Positions 25,901 through 33,533 of a DNA stretch of 64,000 nt are shown here, one piece after another. The notes beneath the pieces were generated by a model that did no database searches, was not told where the DNA came from, and saw nothing but the letters and a program-made list of their open reading frames with translations. The DNA is from an uncultured Methanosarcinales archaeon (GTDB taxonomy: Archaea; Nanobdellota; Nanobdellia; Woesearchaeales; DSVV01), in the NCBI GenBank assembly GCA_964452935.1, contig CAYVNO010000004.1, forward strand, positions 5,519 through 69,518. The letters are read 5' to 3'. Position 1 is the first letter of the stretch, and every line of letters begins with the position of its first letter. The position numbers and the translations under genes are program-made.

Positions 25901-25992
25901 AGCCTGTCTAGTGGGTTTTGTCCAGTGAGGAGAATGGCTGAGAATGTAGAATTCTGGTGTTTAAGAGCAGTGGACAAATGGTGTCTAGTGGG
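25896..25992. repeat. Nested direct/inverted repeat cluster (possible sRNA or multi-site operator)
   Basis: TGTCTAGTGGG occurs at 25905-25915 and 25982-25992. ACACCAG (25896-25902) pairs with CTGGTGT (25954-25960). TTGTCCAGTG (25918-25927) pairs with CAGTGGACAA (25968-25977) with 1 mismatch. Confidence 0.4.
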
Positions 25993-26007
25993 GAAAGATT
26001 TAAATAT
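25993..26007 (+). promoter_or_regulatory. BRE/TATA promoter (GAAAGATTTAAATAT)
   Basis: One-mismatch copy of the GAAAGATTTATATAT consensus, upstream of the RHH gene. ACTTAGTA x2 and GTACCC...GGGTAC repeats follow. Confidence 0.55.
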
Positions 26008-26088
26008 TACTTAGTATATACTTAGTACTACTTTGTACCCAATAACCAGATAGAGCATTAGGGTACTCAAAAATCACAGGTGATTTTT

Positions 26089-26355
26089 ATGGAAGTAATA
26101 AGTTTAAAGATGGATAAAAAGATGTTAAAAGACATTGATGCGGTTGTGAAAAAAGGAAGATATTGTACTAGGACTGAGTTTGTTAGAGATTCAATTAGGA
26201 GAAGATTGACAGATGCAGAAAAAGAGGAAGCTAGAAGGAAGATAAGAGCAAATTTGGGATTTTTGAAAGGTAAGACAAAAAACATTAGTGATGAAGAAGC
26301 TAGTAGGTTAGCAAGTATAGAGATGGCAAAAAAGTTTGGAATAACATTAGATTAG
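26089..26355 (+). CDS. Ribbon-helix-helix (CopG-like) protein
   Basis: MEVISLKMDKKMLKDIDAVVKKGRYCTRTEFVRDSIRRRL is an RHH pattern. ATG 26089 sits 6-7 nt after AGGTGA. Confidence 0.7.
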   Translation: MEVISLKMDKKMLKDIDAVVKKGRYCTRTEFVRDSIRRRLTDAEKEEARRKIRANLGFLKGKTKNISDEEASRLASIEMAKKFGITLD

Positions 26356-26480
26356 GTCCTCTGGTTTTCTTATATCTACTATATTCTGGAGTTCAGCGAA
26401 ATGTTTATCTCTTGTTACCAAGATTGCATCATTATTTCTTGCCAAAATGGCATGTAAGGCATCTTCTAAAGGTATCTTTA
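26347..26480 (-). pseudogene. C-terminal remnant of a PIN-domain (VapC-like) gene
   Basis: The minus frame reads KIPLEDALHAILARNNDAILVTRDKHFAELQNIVDIRKPEDLI-stop with no start codon and no N-terminal half. It overlaps the RHH stop region by 9 nt. Confidence 0.45.
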
Positions 26481-26825
26481 TTTTATTAAAACAACCTCGT
26501 CTGCTATAATCTCTTCTTCTCCCTTGTATTCTTCTACCTTGCCTGTTACTTCTATAGTGTCTCCTTGTTTGAGTTCTGAGGTGTTTGTGTTGAACATAAT
26601 AACTGTGATTTCATTCTCTTGTTTTAGGTTGAGGATTATCATGTTTTCTAGATTAGTTTGGCGTGTTATTATCCCTTTTACTTTGATTGTTTCATCTATG
26701 TTTTCATTATTAATTTTGTTTAAAGAAGATTCTGAGATTTCTATATTGCTTGAGATAATGTATAAAGAGATAATCCCTATTATTGAACATATAAAACCTA
26801 TTTTTAATAGAAACTTTTCTTTCAT
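26478..26825 (-). CDS. Membrane-anchored OB-fold (tRNA_anti-like) nucleic-acid-binding protein
   Basis: N-terminal TM helix followed by IKVKGIITRQTNLENMIILNLKQENEITVIMF ... GDTIEVTGKVEEYKGEEEI, an OB-fold pattern. Confidence 0.6.
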   Translation of the reverse strand: MKEKFLLKIGFICSIIGIISLYIISSNIEISESSLNKINNENIDETIKVKGIITRQTNLENMIILNLKQENEITVIMFNTNTSELKQGDTIEVTGKVEEYKGEEEIIADEVVLIK

Positions 26826-26882
26826 TGGTTTTAGGGAGAAATAAATATTAATAAAGTCGATTGGAGAATTTCCGGAAATAAT

Positions 26883-27068
26883 TCATTTAGAATCGGAAGA
26901 TTTCCAGATGTATCTCACTGGAACTACAAAAATTAGGTAGATTGCTCCAAAACCTAGAACAAAATTAAGAAAACCAAATGGTTTGATAAAATAGTATGTT
27001 AAGTAGGTTATGCAAGTAATAATTCCGATGATTGCCCAGATGGATTTTTTATTGAAGTTGAAATTCAT
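26883..27068 (-). CDS. Small two-TM membrane protein
   Basis: 61 aa and hydrophobic; 4-nt overlap with the aminotransferase gene. The perfect palindrome ATTTCCGGAAAT (26866-26877) follows the stop. Confidence 0.45.
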   Translation of the reverse strand: MNFNFNKKSIWAIIGIITCITYLTYYFIKPFGFLNFVLGFGAIYLIFVVPVRYIWKSSDSK

Positions 27069-28267
27069 TTTTGTTTTTCTTCCATGAATTGTTTTATTCT
27101 TTCAATTCCCTTCTTTATATTATCAGAAGAGGTTGCATAACTAAATCTAATGTGTTGGCCTTCTCCTTCGATTGTTTTTCCAAAGTGATGGTCTGCAAGA
27201 ACTGCAACTCCTGCTTCTTCTAGTAACTTTGTTCTAAGTTCTTCTGAGTCTACTGCTCCAACTAATTTGCATGCTTCTGTTACATTTGGCCAGACATAGA
27301 AAGCTCCTCCTGGAGATTGACATTTGAATCCAGGGATTTCGTTTAGTAGTCCTACTATTAGGTCTCTTCTTTTTTTGAATATGGAATTTCTTTCCTTTAC
27401 TTCATCCCATGAGTCTCTTAGTGCTGCAGCAATTGCCCATTGCCCAGGTTGGTTTGCACATGATTCTAGGTTTGTGACCCATTTTGTTAGTGAATCAGTA
27501 AGTATCTCGTTATAACAATAACCTATTCTCCATCCGGTTACTGCGAATGTTTTTGATGCGCAGTCTGCTATAATTGTTTTATCTTTCATTCCAGGGATAG
27601 ATGCAATACTTACAAACGGTTTGTCATAACAAAGTTCTGAATAAACTTCATCAGAATAAACCCATAGTTTTGGGAATGGCTTAACTATTTCTGCGATTTG
27701 TTCTAGTTCTTCTTTACTTAGAACTCCTCCTGTTGGGTTTTGAGGAGAACAAAGAATTAATAATCTCGTATTCTCATTAACTAATTTTTTTAACTCTTCC
27801 ATATCAAATACAAATCCTTTTTCTTCTTTTAGATTAATTGGAACTAGTTTGCATCCTTGAGCTCTTGCTTGTGCTTCATAAATAGGGTACCCTGGGTTTG
27901 GATAGATAATTTCATGTCCTTTCCCAAAGTCTGTGACTGAAGAGATTGCCATTGCGATGAAAGGTTTTCCTCCTCCAGCTATAACTACATGTTCTGGTTT
28001 TGCTTCTATACCTCTTGTTCTTGTGAAATAAGCTGCAGCTGCTTCTCTTAGTTCAGGAATTCCTTGTGAAGAGGTGTAGCCGCTCTTTCCTAGATTAACT
28101 GCTTCAATCATTGCTTTTTTTGCAGCTTCTGTAGAATCAAAATCTGGTTGTCCTATACAAAAACTAATTATGTCTTGTCCTTCTCTTAATCTTTTATTAA
28201 CTTCTCCTAAAACAACAAAGGCGTTTTCAGTGCCTAGATTGCATGTTCTTTCTGATATATATGACAT
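27065..28267 (-). CDS. Class I/II pyridoxal-phosphate aminotransferase (aspartate aminotransferase-like)
   Basis: NPQNPTGG and SKTFAVTGWRIGY (PLP-Lys) motifs. Confidence 0.9.
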   Translation of the reverse strand: MSYISERTCNLGTENAFVVLGEVNKRLREGQDIISFCIGQPDFDSTEAAKKAMIEAVNLGKSGYTSSQGIPELREAAAAYFTRTRGIEAKPEHVVIAGGGKPFIAMAISSVTDFGKGHEIIYPNPGYPIYEAQARAQGCKLVPINLKEEKGFVFDMEELKKLVNENTRLLILCSPQNPTGGVLSKEELEQIAEIVKPFPKLWVYSDEVYSELCYDKPFVSIASIPGMKDKTIIADCASKTFAVTGWRIGYCYNEILTDSLTKWVTNLESCANQPGQWAIAAALRDSWDEVKERNSIFKKRRDLIVGLLNEIPGFKCQSPGGAFYVWPNVTEACKLVGAVDSEELRTKLLEEAGVAVLADHHFGKTIEGEGQHIRFSYATSSDNIKKGIERIKQFMEEKQK

Positions 28268-28282
28268 ATTATCAACCTCTTT

Positions 28283-30265
28283 TTATGAATCAAATAATTC
28301 TTTTGCTCTTTTTGCGATGAATTCTGCTGTTAAACCGAATTCTTTAACTAGTTCCCATGATTGTCCTGTTTCACCAAATCTATCTTGGACACCTATCATT
28401 GCAAACTTTACTGGTTTATTAATGTTTTCAGAGATTACAGCTGAAATTAAATTTCCAAAGCCTCCAACTTGGTGTTCTTCTGCTGTTATTATTGTTCCTG
28501 TATCATTTGCTGCTCTGATTATTGCTTCTTTATCTAATGGTTTTACTGTGTGAATGTTTAGGACTCTTGTTTCTATATTGTATTCTTCTTTTAGAATGTA
28601 TGCTGCTCTCATTGCTTCTGGAACTTCTGGTCCGCATGCGATGATAGTTAGAGATTCATTCTCATTTTGGTATTGTGAGGCAAGTTTTGTTTCGAATGCA
28701 TCAATAAATTTTTCTTGTTTGTTTCTGAATCTAATTACATTTGCTTTACCAAATATAAAAGGAGTTTCTAAAGTAGTTACTATTGGTGTTGACTCTCTTG
28801 CAAACCTTATGTATTTTGGCCCTACAATGTTGAATAGTAATGATTCTGTTGCTCTTTTTGTTTCAATTGAATCACATGGAACTACAACATTCATGCTTGG
28901 TAAGCATGCTACCTGGTATAATTCTTCTAAAGCTCCGTCTGGTCCTACAGAAACTCCTCCGTGAGCACCTGCAACCAAAACATTATGATTTCCGTAACAG
29001 ACTGTTGTTCTTAACTGGTCTGCGTTTCTTGCAGATGCAAAAACTCCGTATGTTCCAAAGACAGGTAGTTTTCCTTCTTTTGCTAGGCCAGCTGCAATGC
29101 ATGTTGCACTTTGTTCTGCAATTCCTATACTTAAGAATCTGTTTTTTCTTTCTGGATTGTCCTTATAGAATTGATCGATAGTTATTGAGCCAGAGATATC
29201 ACAACCTAGACAAACAATTCTCTCGTCGTCTCCTTTTTCTTTTAGTGCTCTTCCGAATCCTTTTCTTGTTGGATCCATGTCTACTTTCATACTGTTTTCT
29301 TTATTCCAGAAATAATCTCTTGAAAATTTTGGAATTTTATTGTTTATTCTTTCATCTACTTGTTCTTGGTATGTGTTTGCTTTGTTGAACATTTCGTCAA
29401 CTGGAAGATTTGTTAGATTTAACTCTGTTAATGCTAAATTTAATTGGTCTAATGTTGGAGGCATGCCGTGCCATCCTGCTTTATCTTCCATAAATGAAAC
29501 TCCTTTTCCTTTTATTGTGTTTGCAAGAATTACTGTTGGTTTGTTTTTTATCTCTTTTGCTAATTGTAATGCTTTTAGAATTTCATCCATATCGTGTCCG
29601 TTGATTTGTATAACTTGCCAACCAAATGCTTCATATTTTTCTTTCAATGGTTGAATGTTCATAACTTCATCTACTTTTCCATCTATCTGTAGTTTGTTGA
29701 CGTCTACTATTGCTGTTAAATTATCTAGTTTGAAATGTGATGCTTCCATAACTGCTTCCCAAACTTGTCCTTCTTGTTGTTCTCCATCCCCCATTATACA
29801 ATATGTTATGTAATCTTTTTTATCTAGTTTTGCAGTTAACGCCATTCCTACACAGATACTTAACCCTTGTCCTAAAGAACCTGTTGATGCTTCTATTCCT
29901 GGAAGTTTTAACCAGTGTGGGTGTCCTTGGAAAGGTGAATCAAACTTTCTTAGTAATGCTAACTCTTTTAGATCATAGAAACCTGCCATAGCCATTCCTG
30001 TGTAAATTGCTGGTGCTTTGTGTCCTGTTGAGAATAGAATCCTATCTCTGTTTTCCCAGAAAGGTTTTTTTGGGTCAAGCTTTGCTTCGTTTAGATATAA
30101 AGCAGCTGTGATATCCATAATTGAAAGTGTTCCACCTGAGTGGCCAGACTTTGCAATACATAATGAGATTAGGTTGTAACCTCTCATTAATCTTGCAGCT
30201 TCGATTAGTTCTTCTTTATTGTATTTTTTTATTGTTTCTCCTGTTTCAGAATTTATTATTGGCAT
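28283..30265 (-). CDS. tkt: Transketolase (N- and C-terminal halves fused)
   Basis: SGHSGG, GDGEQQEG (ThDP motif) and pyrimidine-binding/C-terminal domain patterns; 660 aa. Confidence 0.9.
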   Translation of the reverse strand: MPIINSETGETIKKYNKEELIEAARLMRGYNLISLCIAKSGHSGGTLSIMDITAALYLNEAKLDPKKPFWENRDRILFSTGHKAPAIYTGMAMAGFYDLKELALLRKFDSPFQGHPHWLKLPGIEASTGSLGQGLSICVGMALTAKLDKKDYITYCIMGDGEQQEGQVWEAVMEASHFKLDNLTAIVDVNKLQIDGKVDEVMNIQPLKEKYEAFGWQVIQINGHDMDEILKALQLAKEIKNKPTVILANTIKGKGVSFMEDKAGWHGMPPTLDQLNLALTELNLTNLPVDEMFNKANTYQEQVDERINNKIPKFSRDYFWNKENSMKVDMDPTRKGFGRALKEKGDDERIVCLGCDISGSITIDQFYKDNPERKNRFLSIGIAEQSATCIAAGLAKEGKLPVFGTYGVFASARNADQLRTTVCYGNHNVLVAGAHGGVSVGPDGALEELYQVACLPSMNVVVPCDSIETKRATESLLFNIVGPKYIRFARESTPIVTTLETPFIFGKANVIRFRNKQEKFIDAFETKLASQYQNENESLTIIACGPEVPEAMRAAYILKEEYNIETRVLNIHTVKPLDKEAIIRAANDTGTIITAEEHQVGGFGNLISAVISENINKPVKFAMIGVQDRFGETGQSWELVKEFGLTAEFIAKRAKELFDS

Positions 30266-30377
30266 GTTATCCCCCTTTGTATGATATTATCATATGCAAT
30301 ATTGTGGTGATATATAAAGTTAATTGTGGGGATTTTTAAATAGTAAGTATTTTAAATAAGTAGTTAATTGGTTCTGT

Positions 30378-30626
30378 ATGCGAATTCCAAAGAAGTATGG
30401 ACAGTATAGGATTGATAAGTGTCCTTTTTGTGATAAGAGGGCGATGACTGAGAATAAACAAGGTGTTCCTGTTTGTTTAGATCATAAGAGTAGATTGATT
30501 AATGATTTCAAATGTGTTTGCGGGGGATATTTAGATGTTAGAAAAGGCAAATGGGGAGCTTATTTTAACTGTTTCAAATGTGGAAATATTAGTTTTAAGA
30601 AAGGAATGGAGATGAATAGTCTCTAA
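30378..30626 (+). CDS. Small zinc-ribbon protein (topoisomerase-type C4 finger-like)
   Basis: CPFC...C..H and CVCGG...CFKCG cysteine pairs; 82 aa. Confidence 0.55.
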   Translation: MRIPKKYGQYRIDKCPFCDKRAMTENKQGVPVCLDHKSRLINDFKCVCGGYLDVRKGKWGAYFNCFKCGNISFKKGMEMNSL

Positions 30627-30639
30627 TTGGTTTGCCTTA

Positions 30640-30984
30640 TCAATAGTCAAGCATGTCAATTATTTTATCATATAGAATTTCTGCTGAGGTTGTGCCATTG
30701 ATGAATTCCACACCTTTACCTTTCCATTCTTCTCTTTCTTCTCTAGGAGCTATTACTAAGACTTCTCCTCTGTATCCTTCATCTATTAATCTTTCGTATA
30801 CATCGAGTTGATCTTTGTCTAAAACTGTTACTGTTAGTCTTGGTCCTTCTTCTTGGTATACATCGTAGGCTGAATCAACATCACCTGCTAGATAAGGAAC
30901 TACATCATGCTCTTGGCCAAGTTCTCCTAACTCATCCACTATGTCACTTAATTCTTCATCTCCGACAACTAATACGGGTATCAT
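30640..30984 (-). CDS. Lys-poor acidic orphan P4: stand-alone pseudo-receiver (CheY-like fold candidate)
   Basis: PVLVVGDEE (beta1), LTVTVLDKD (beta3), EVLVIAP (beta4) and VEFINGT (beta5) follow the REC layout but lack the DD pair, Thr/Ser and Lys. 114 aa, about 30 percent Asp+Glu. Confidence 0.5.
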   Translation of the reverse strand: MIPVLVVGDEELSDIVDELGELGQEHDVVPYLAGDVDSAYDVYQEEGPRLTVTVLDKDQLDVYERLIDEGYRGEVLVIAPREEREEWKGKGVEFINGTTSAEILYDKIIDMLDY

Positions 30985-31057
30985 AATTTTAAGGTAATTG
31001 GTTTGGGTTTAAAAAGTTAATGAAAATTTATAAATCAATTTTATTTTCTTTATTTTT

Positions 31058-31561
31058 ATGAGAATAGCTGAATCATTTGAAGCTGCAAAAGCAAGACAGA
31101 AGAAAGAGATTGAGCCTTTGATGCTTAGTCTTAGAACTGCCGTTCCAAGAGGAAGTATTGATGTTGCTTATGTTCATCAAGATTATGCTTTTGTTTATGA
31201 GATGAGAAGAGGATTGTTTTGGGGAGCTGAGCTTTGTAAGTTTTATGTTTCCCAAGAAGCTGTTGATTGGTCTCCAACTGCACATCTCCCAGATGAAACA
31301 AAATCAATTGGTGAGAATGGAATTGATTCAATTCTTATGGTTGAAAGAAATCCTTTTCTAATTGTTACATTTGATGAACATTGTCATGATTATGTTCAAA
31401 GAGTGACTGAGTTTGAAAGACAGTTAAGAATAGGTGAGATGAGAAGAAGTCAGTTAACTCAATTTTCTTATTGTAGAAGTGAAGAGATATTGGGAAGGGT
31501 TGATTATTCTATTGTTAGAGTTGATGGAAAGGATGCCGGGTTTATTATTGGGCTTAAATAA
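31058..31561 (+). CDS. Lys-poor orphan protein P5 (167 aa)
   Basis: Clean ORF with TATA-like AATTTATAAATC about 30 nt upstream. No family recognised. Confidence 0.5.
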   Translation: MRIAESFEAAKARQKKEIEPLMLSLRTAVPRGSIDVAYVHQDYAFVYEMRRGLFWGAELCKFYVSQEAVDWSPTAHLPDETKSIGENGIDSILMVERNPFLIVTFDEHCHDYVQRVTEFERQLRIGEMRRSQLTQFSYCRSEEILGRVDYSIVRVDGKDAGFIIGLK

Positions 31562-31574
31562 TATTTATTGGTTA

Positions 31575-32294
31575 TTATTCAGCATGATATTCTACAGGTT
31601 CTTGTAATTGTGGGGGCGTTGGTTCTACAAGTTCTTGTAGTTGAGGAAGTGTGGGTTCTAACTCCTTACCAGCATCTACCAACAAATCAATTAAACTCAT
31701 ATATTTTCTAGAATGAGTATGCATCCTTTCAGATCTTTCTTTAAAATCTGCAACACCCATCTCTAACGCTTCTCCAATTTTTATTGCTGCATCGAGATAT
31801 TGTGCAGCTTCTTCAGGAACTCCATAAAGATATTGTGATTTATGATACTCAACTAATAATTCATCCATTTTCCCATTTAGATATCTGGTTCCTTCTTCAG
31901 AAAAACCATATCTGCCTGCATCTTCAACATATTTTTCCCAAAATTTTATCCCGACAGCTCCACTAAGTGTATCTGCAATATCCAACTTGTGTTTAACAGC
32001 TTCAATTTCTCTCTCTGAGACAACAGCTGTTTTATCTCCGCATATGTATGGCTCGACATCTAGTCTCATTATTTCTAAAAGATTTTGTGCTACTTCTCTT
32101 TCTTGTCTGCTGAAATGAGTTATATTTCTCCATTCTCTAAATTTTTTTACAGCAGCAGCAAGGTCCCCACTTTGTAACTCTTCAACTGCCTGCCTTAATG
32201 CATATCTGGTCACTTCATCCATAGGGATAACTATTGTTACACCCCTGCCTGCATAAGTTACATCCCTACTACAATTTACTATATCTTGTCCCAT
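31575..32294 (-). CDS. Acidic orphan protein P6 (239 aa) with C-terminal EPTxPQLQExV tandem
   Basis: Clean ORF ending ...ELEPTLPQLQELVEPTPPQLQEPVEYHAE. No family recognised. Confidence 0.5.
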   Translation of the reverse strand: MGQDIVNCSRDVTYAGRGVTIVIPMDEVTRYALRQAVEELQSGDLAAAVKKFREWRNITHFSRQEREVAQNLLEIMRLDVEPYICGDKTAVVSEREIEAVKHKLDIADTLSGAVGIKFWEKYVEDAGRYGFSEEGTRYLNGKMDELLVEYHKSQYLYGVPEEAAQYLDAAIKIGEALEMGVADFKERSERMHTHSRKYMSLIDLLVDAGKELEPTLPQLQELVEPTPPQLQEPVEYHAE

Positions 32295-32390
32295 ATATTT
32301 CTTGTAAATTAGTTTGTTATTTAAATCTTATTGATATATGGCTCCGCCCATTGAGTATCGGATGAGTGATCCTGCAGGACTAGTTTTTAT

Positions 32391-32452
32391 GGTGACTACA
32401 GAAATAGCTACTTGTAGACACCTAGACCGAAACATTTAAATATGTAGTCACC
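32391..32452. repeat. Upstream hairpin set of the Fic cassette
   Basis: GGTGACTAC (32391-32399), TGTAGACACCTAG (32413-32425) and GTAGTCACC (32444-32452). The first and third pair perfectly. Confidence 0.6.
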
Positions 32453-32464
32453 CACTATAACTGT

Positions 32465-33421
32465 ATGTATCTTGAAAAAAGAGAATTAAATGGAAAAATC
32501 AAGTATTTTCTGTCTCATTCATATAGGGAGGGCAAGCAAGTTCACAAATTTAGGAAATATCTTGGTCAAGATCTGAAACAAGGTAAGTTAAAGGAACGAA
32601 TGAAAATTGCTGAAAAGCTTATTCTTGAAGAGATCCACAAATATACCATAATAAATGATCCATTGAATATTAAGCTTTCGAAAGAAGATATAGAATCAAT
32701 AAAGAAGATTGAAGCAGAAATACCTTTGAAGATAAGCCATCTTTCTGAAAAAGACTGGACAGCATTCTCAGAGATATTTACTTATAACACCAATGCAATA
32801 GAAGGAAGTAAGCTCAACAAAAAAGAGGTTATAGATTTACTTGAAAAAGATAAATGGCCAAATAAATCAAAAGAAGATATTGCAGAAGCTTTTGGTGTTG
32901 ATGAAGCTATAAGGTTCATTAGGAAGACAAAAGAGCATATTTCTATTGATTTAATTAAAAAAATTCATAAGATTGTTTTTAAGAATTCTAAATCTTTTGC
33001 AGGAAAATTGAGAAAGAAAGGAGAAGAAGTAGTTGTTATGGGTGCTGGAGGGAAAGTAGTTCATGAGGGTGCTCCACAAACCAGAGTAAATCACCTACTT
33101 AGAGAATTAGTTAAATGGTATGAAAAAAATAAGAATGAATATCCTGGATTAATACTTGGAGGAGTTGTTCATAATCAATTTGAGAATATACATCCGTTTG
33201 CAGATGGAAATGGTCGTGTAGGTAGAATATTGTTGAATAATATTTTGATAAAACATAAGCTGCCTCCGATAAATATTAATTTTAAAAACCGAGTAGAATA
33301 TTATAAGACTTTACAGGAATATGAGAATAATCAGAATATTAAGCCAACTATTGACTTATTCTTGAAAGAGTATAAATCACTGAAAAAACAGCTAGGTGTC
33401 TACAGAAATAAGAAAAAGTAG
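32465..33421 (+). CDS. Fic-domain protein (AMPylase family) with N-terminal inhibitory-helix motif
   Basis: Complete HPFADGNGRVGR motif (HxFx[DE]GNGRxxR) and TNAIEG matching [ST]xxxE[GN]. Lys-rich, host-like composition. Confidence 0.9.
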   Translation: MYLEKRELNGKIKYFLSHSYREGKQVHKFRKYLGQDLKQGKLKERMKIAEKLILEEIHKYTIINDPLNIKLSKEDIESIKKIEAEIPLKISHLSEKDWTAFSEIFTYNTNAIEGSKLNKKEVIDLLEKDKWPNKSKEDIAEAFGVDEAIRFIRKTKEHISIDLIKKIHKIVFKNSKSFAGKLRKKGEEVVVMGAGGKVVHEGAPQTRVNHLLRELVKWYEKNKNEYPGLILGGVVHNQFENIHPFADGNGRVGRILLNNILIKHKLPPININFKNRVEYYKTLQEYENNQNIKPTIDLFLKEYKSLKKQLGVYRNKKK

Positions 33422-33426
33422 TCACC
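33392..33426. repeat. Downstream hairpin of the Fic cassette (overlaps the Fic stop codon)
   Basis: CTAGGTGTCTACAGAAATAAGAAAAAGTAGTCACC shares GGTG-N-CTACAGAAATA and GTAG-N-CACC with the upstream hairpin. Confidence 0.6.
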
Positions 33427-33450
33427 TGATAAGAGGTTAGATAGCCCTGT

Positions 33451-33533
33451 GCGGACTTGCGTTGAATAGCAACGCTCGCTACTCAATTTCGAACCGCAGT
33501 CCTAAGGCCCAGAACCCATATATAAACCTTAGG
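33451..33533. ncRNA. GC-enriched hairpin cluster (candidate structured RNA segment; strand unresolved)
   Basis: GCGTTG-aatag-CAACGC (33459-33475) is nested in GCGG...CCGC (33451-33497). CCTAAGG...CCTTAGG lies at 33501-33533. No ORF. Confidence 0.4.

Noticed and set aside
25896-25960. tRNA-like impression (7-bp terminal helix ACACCAG/CTGGTGT, about 65 nt span, TAGTGGG D-loop-like string)
   Set aside because: No D-stem complementarity is present. The only T-arm candidate has a 5-nt loop, and there is no anticodon stem. I found no convincing tRNA anywhere in the window.
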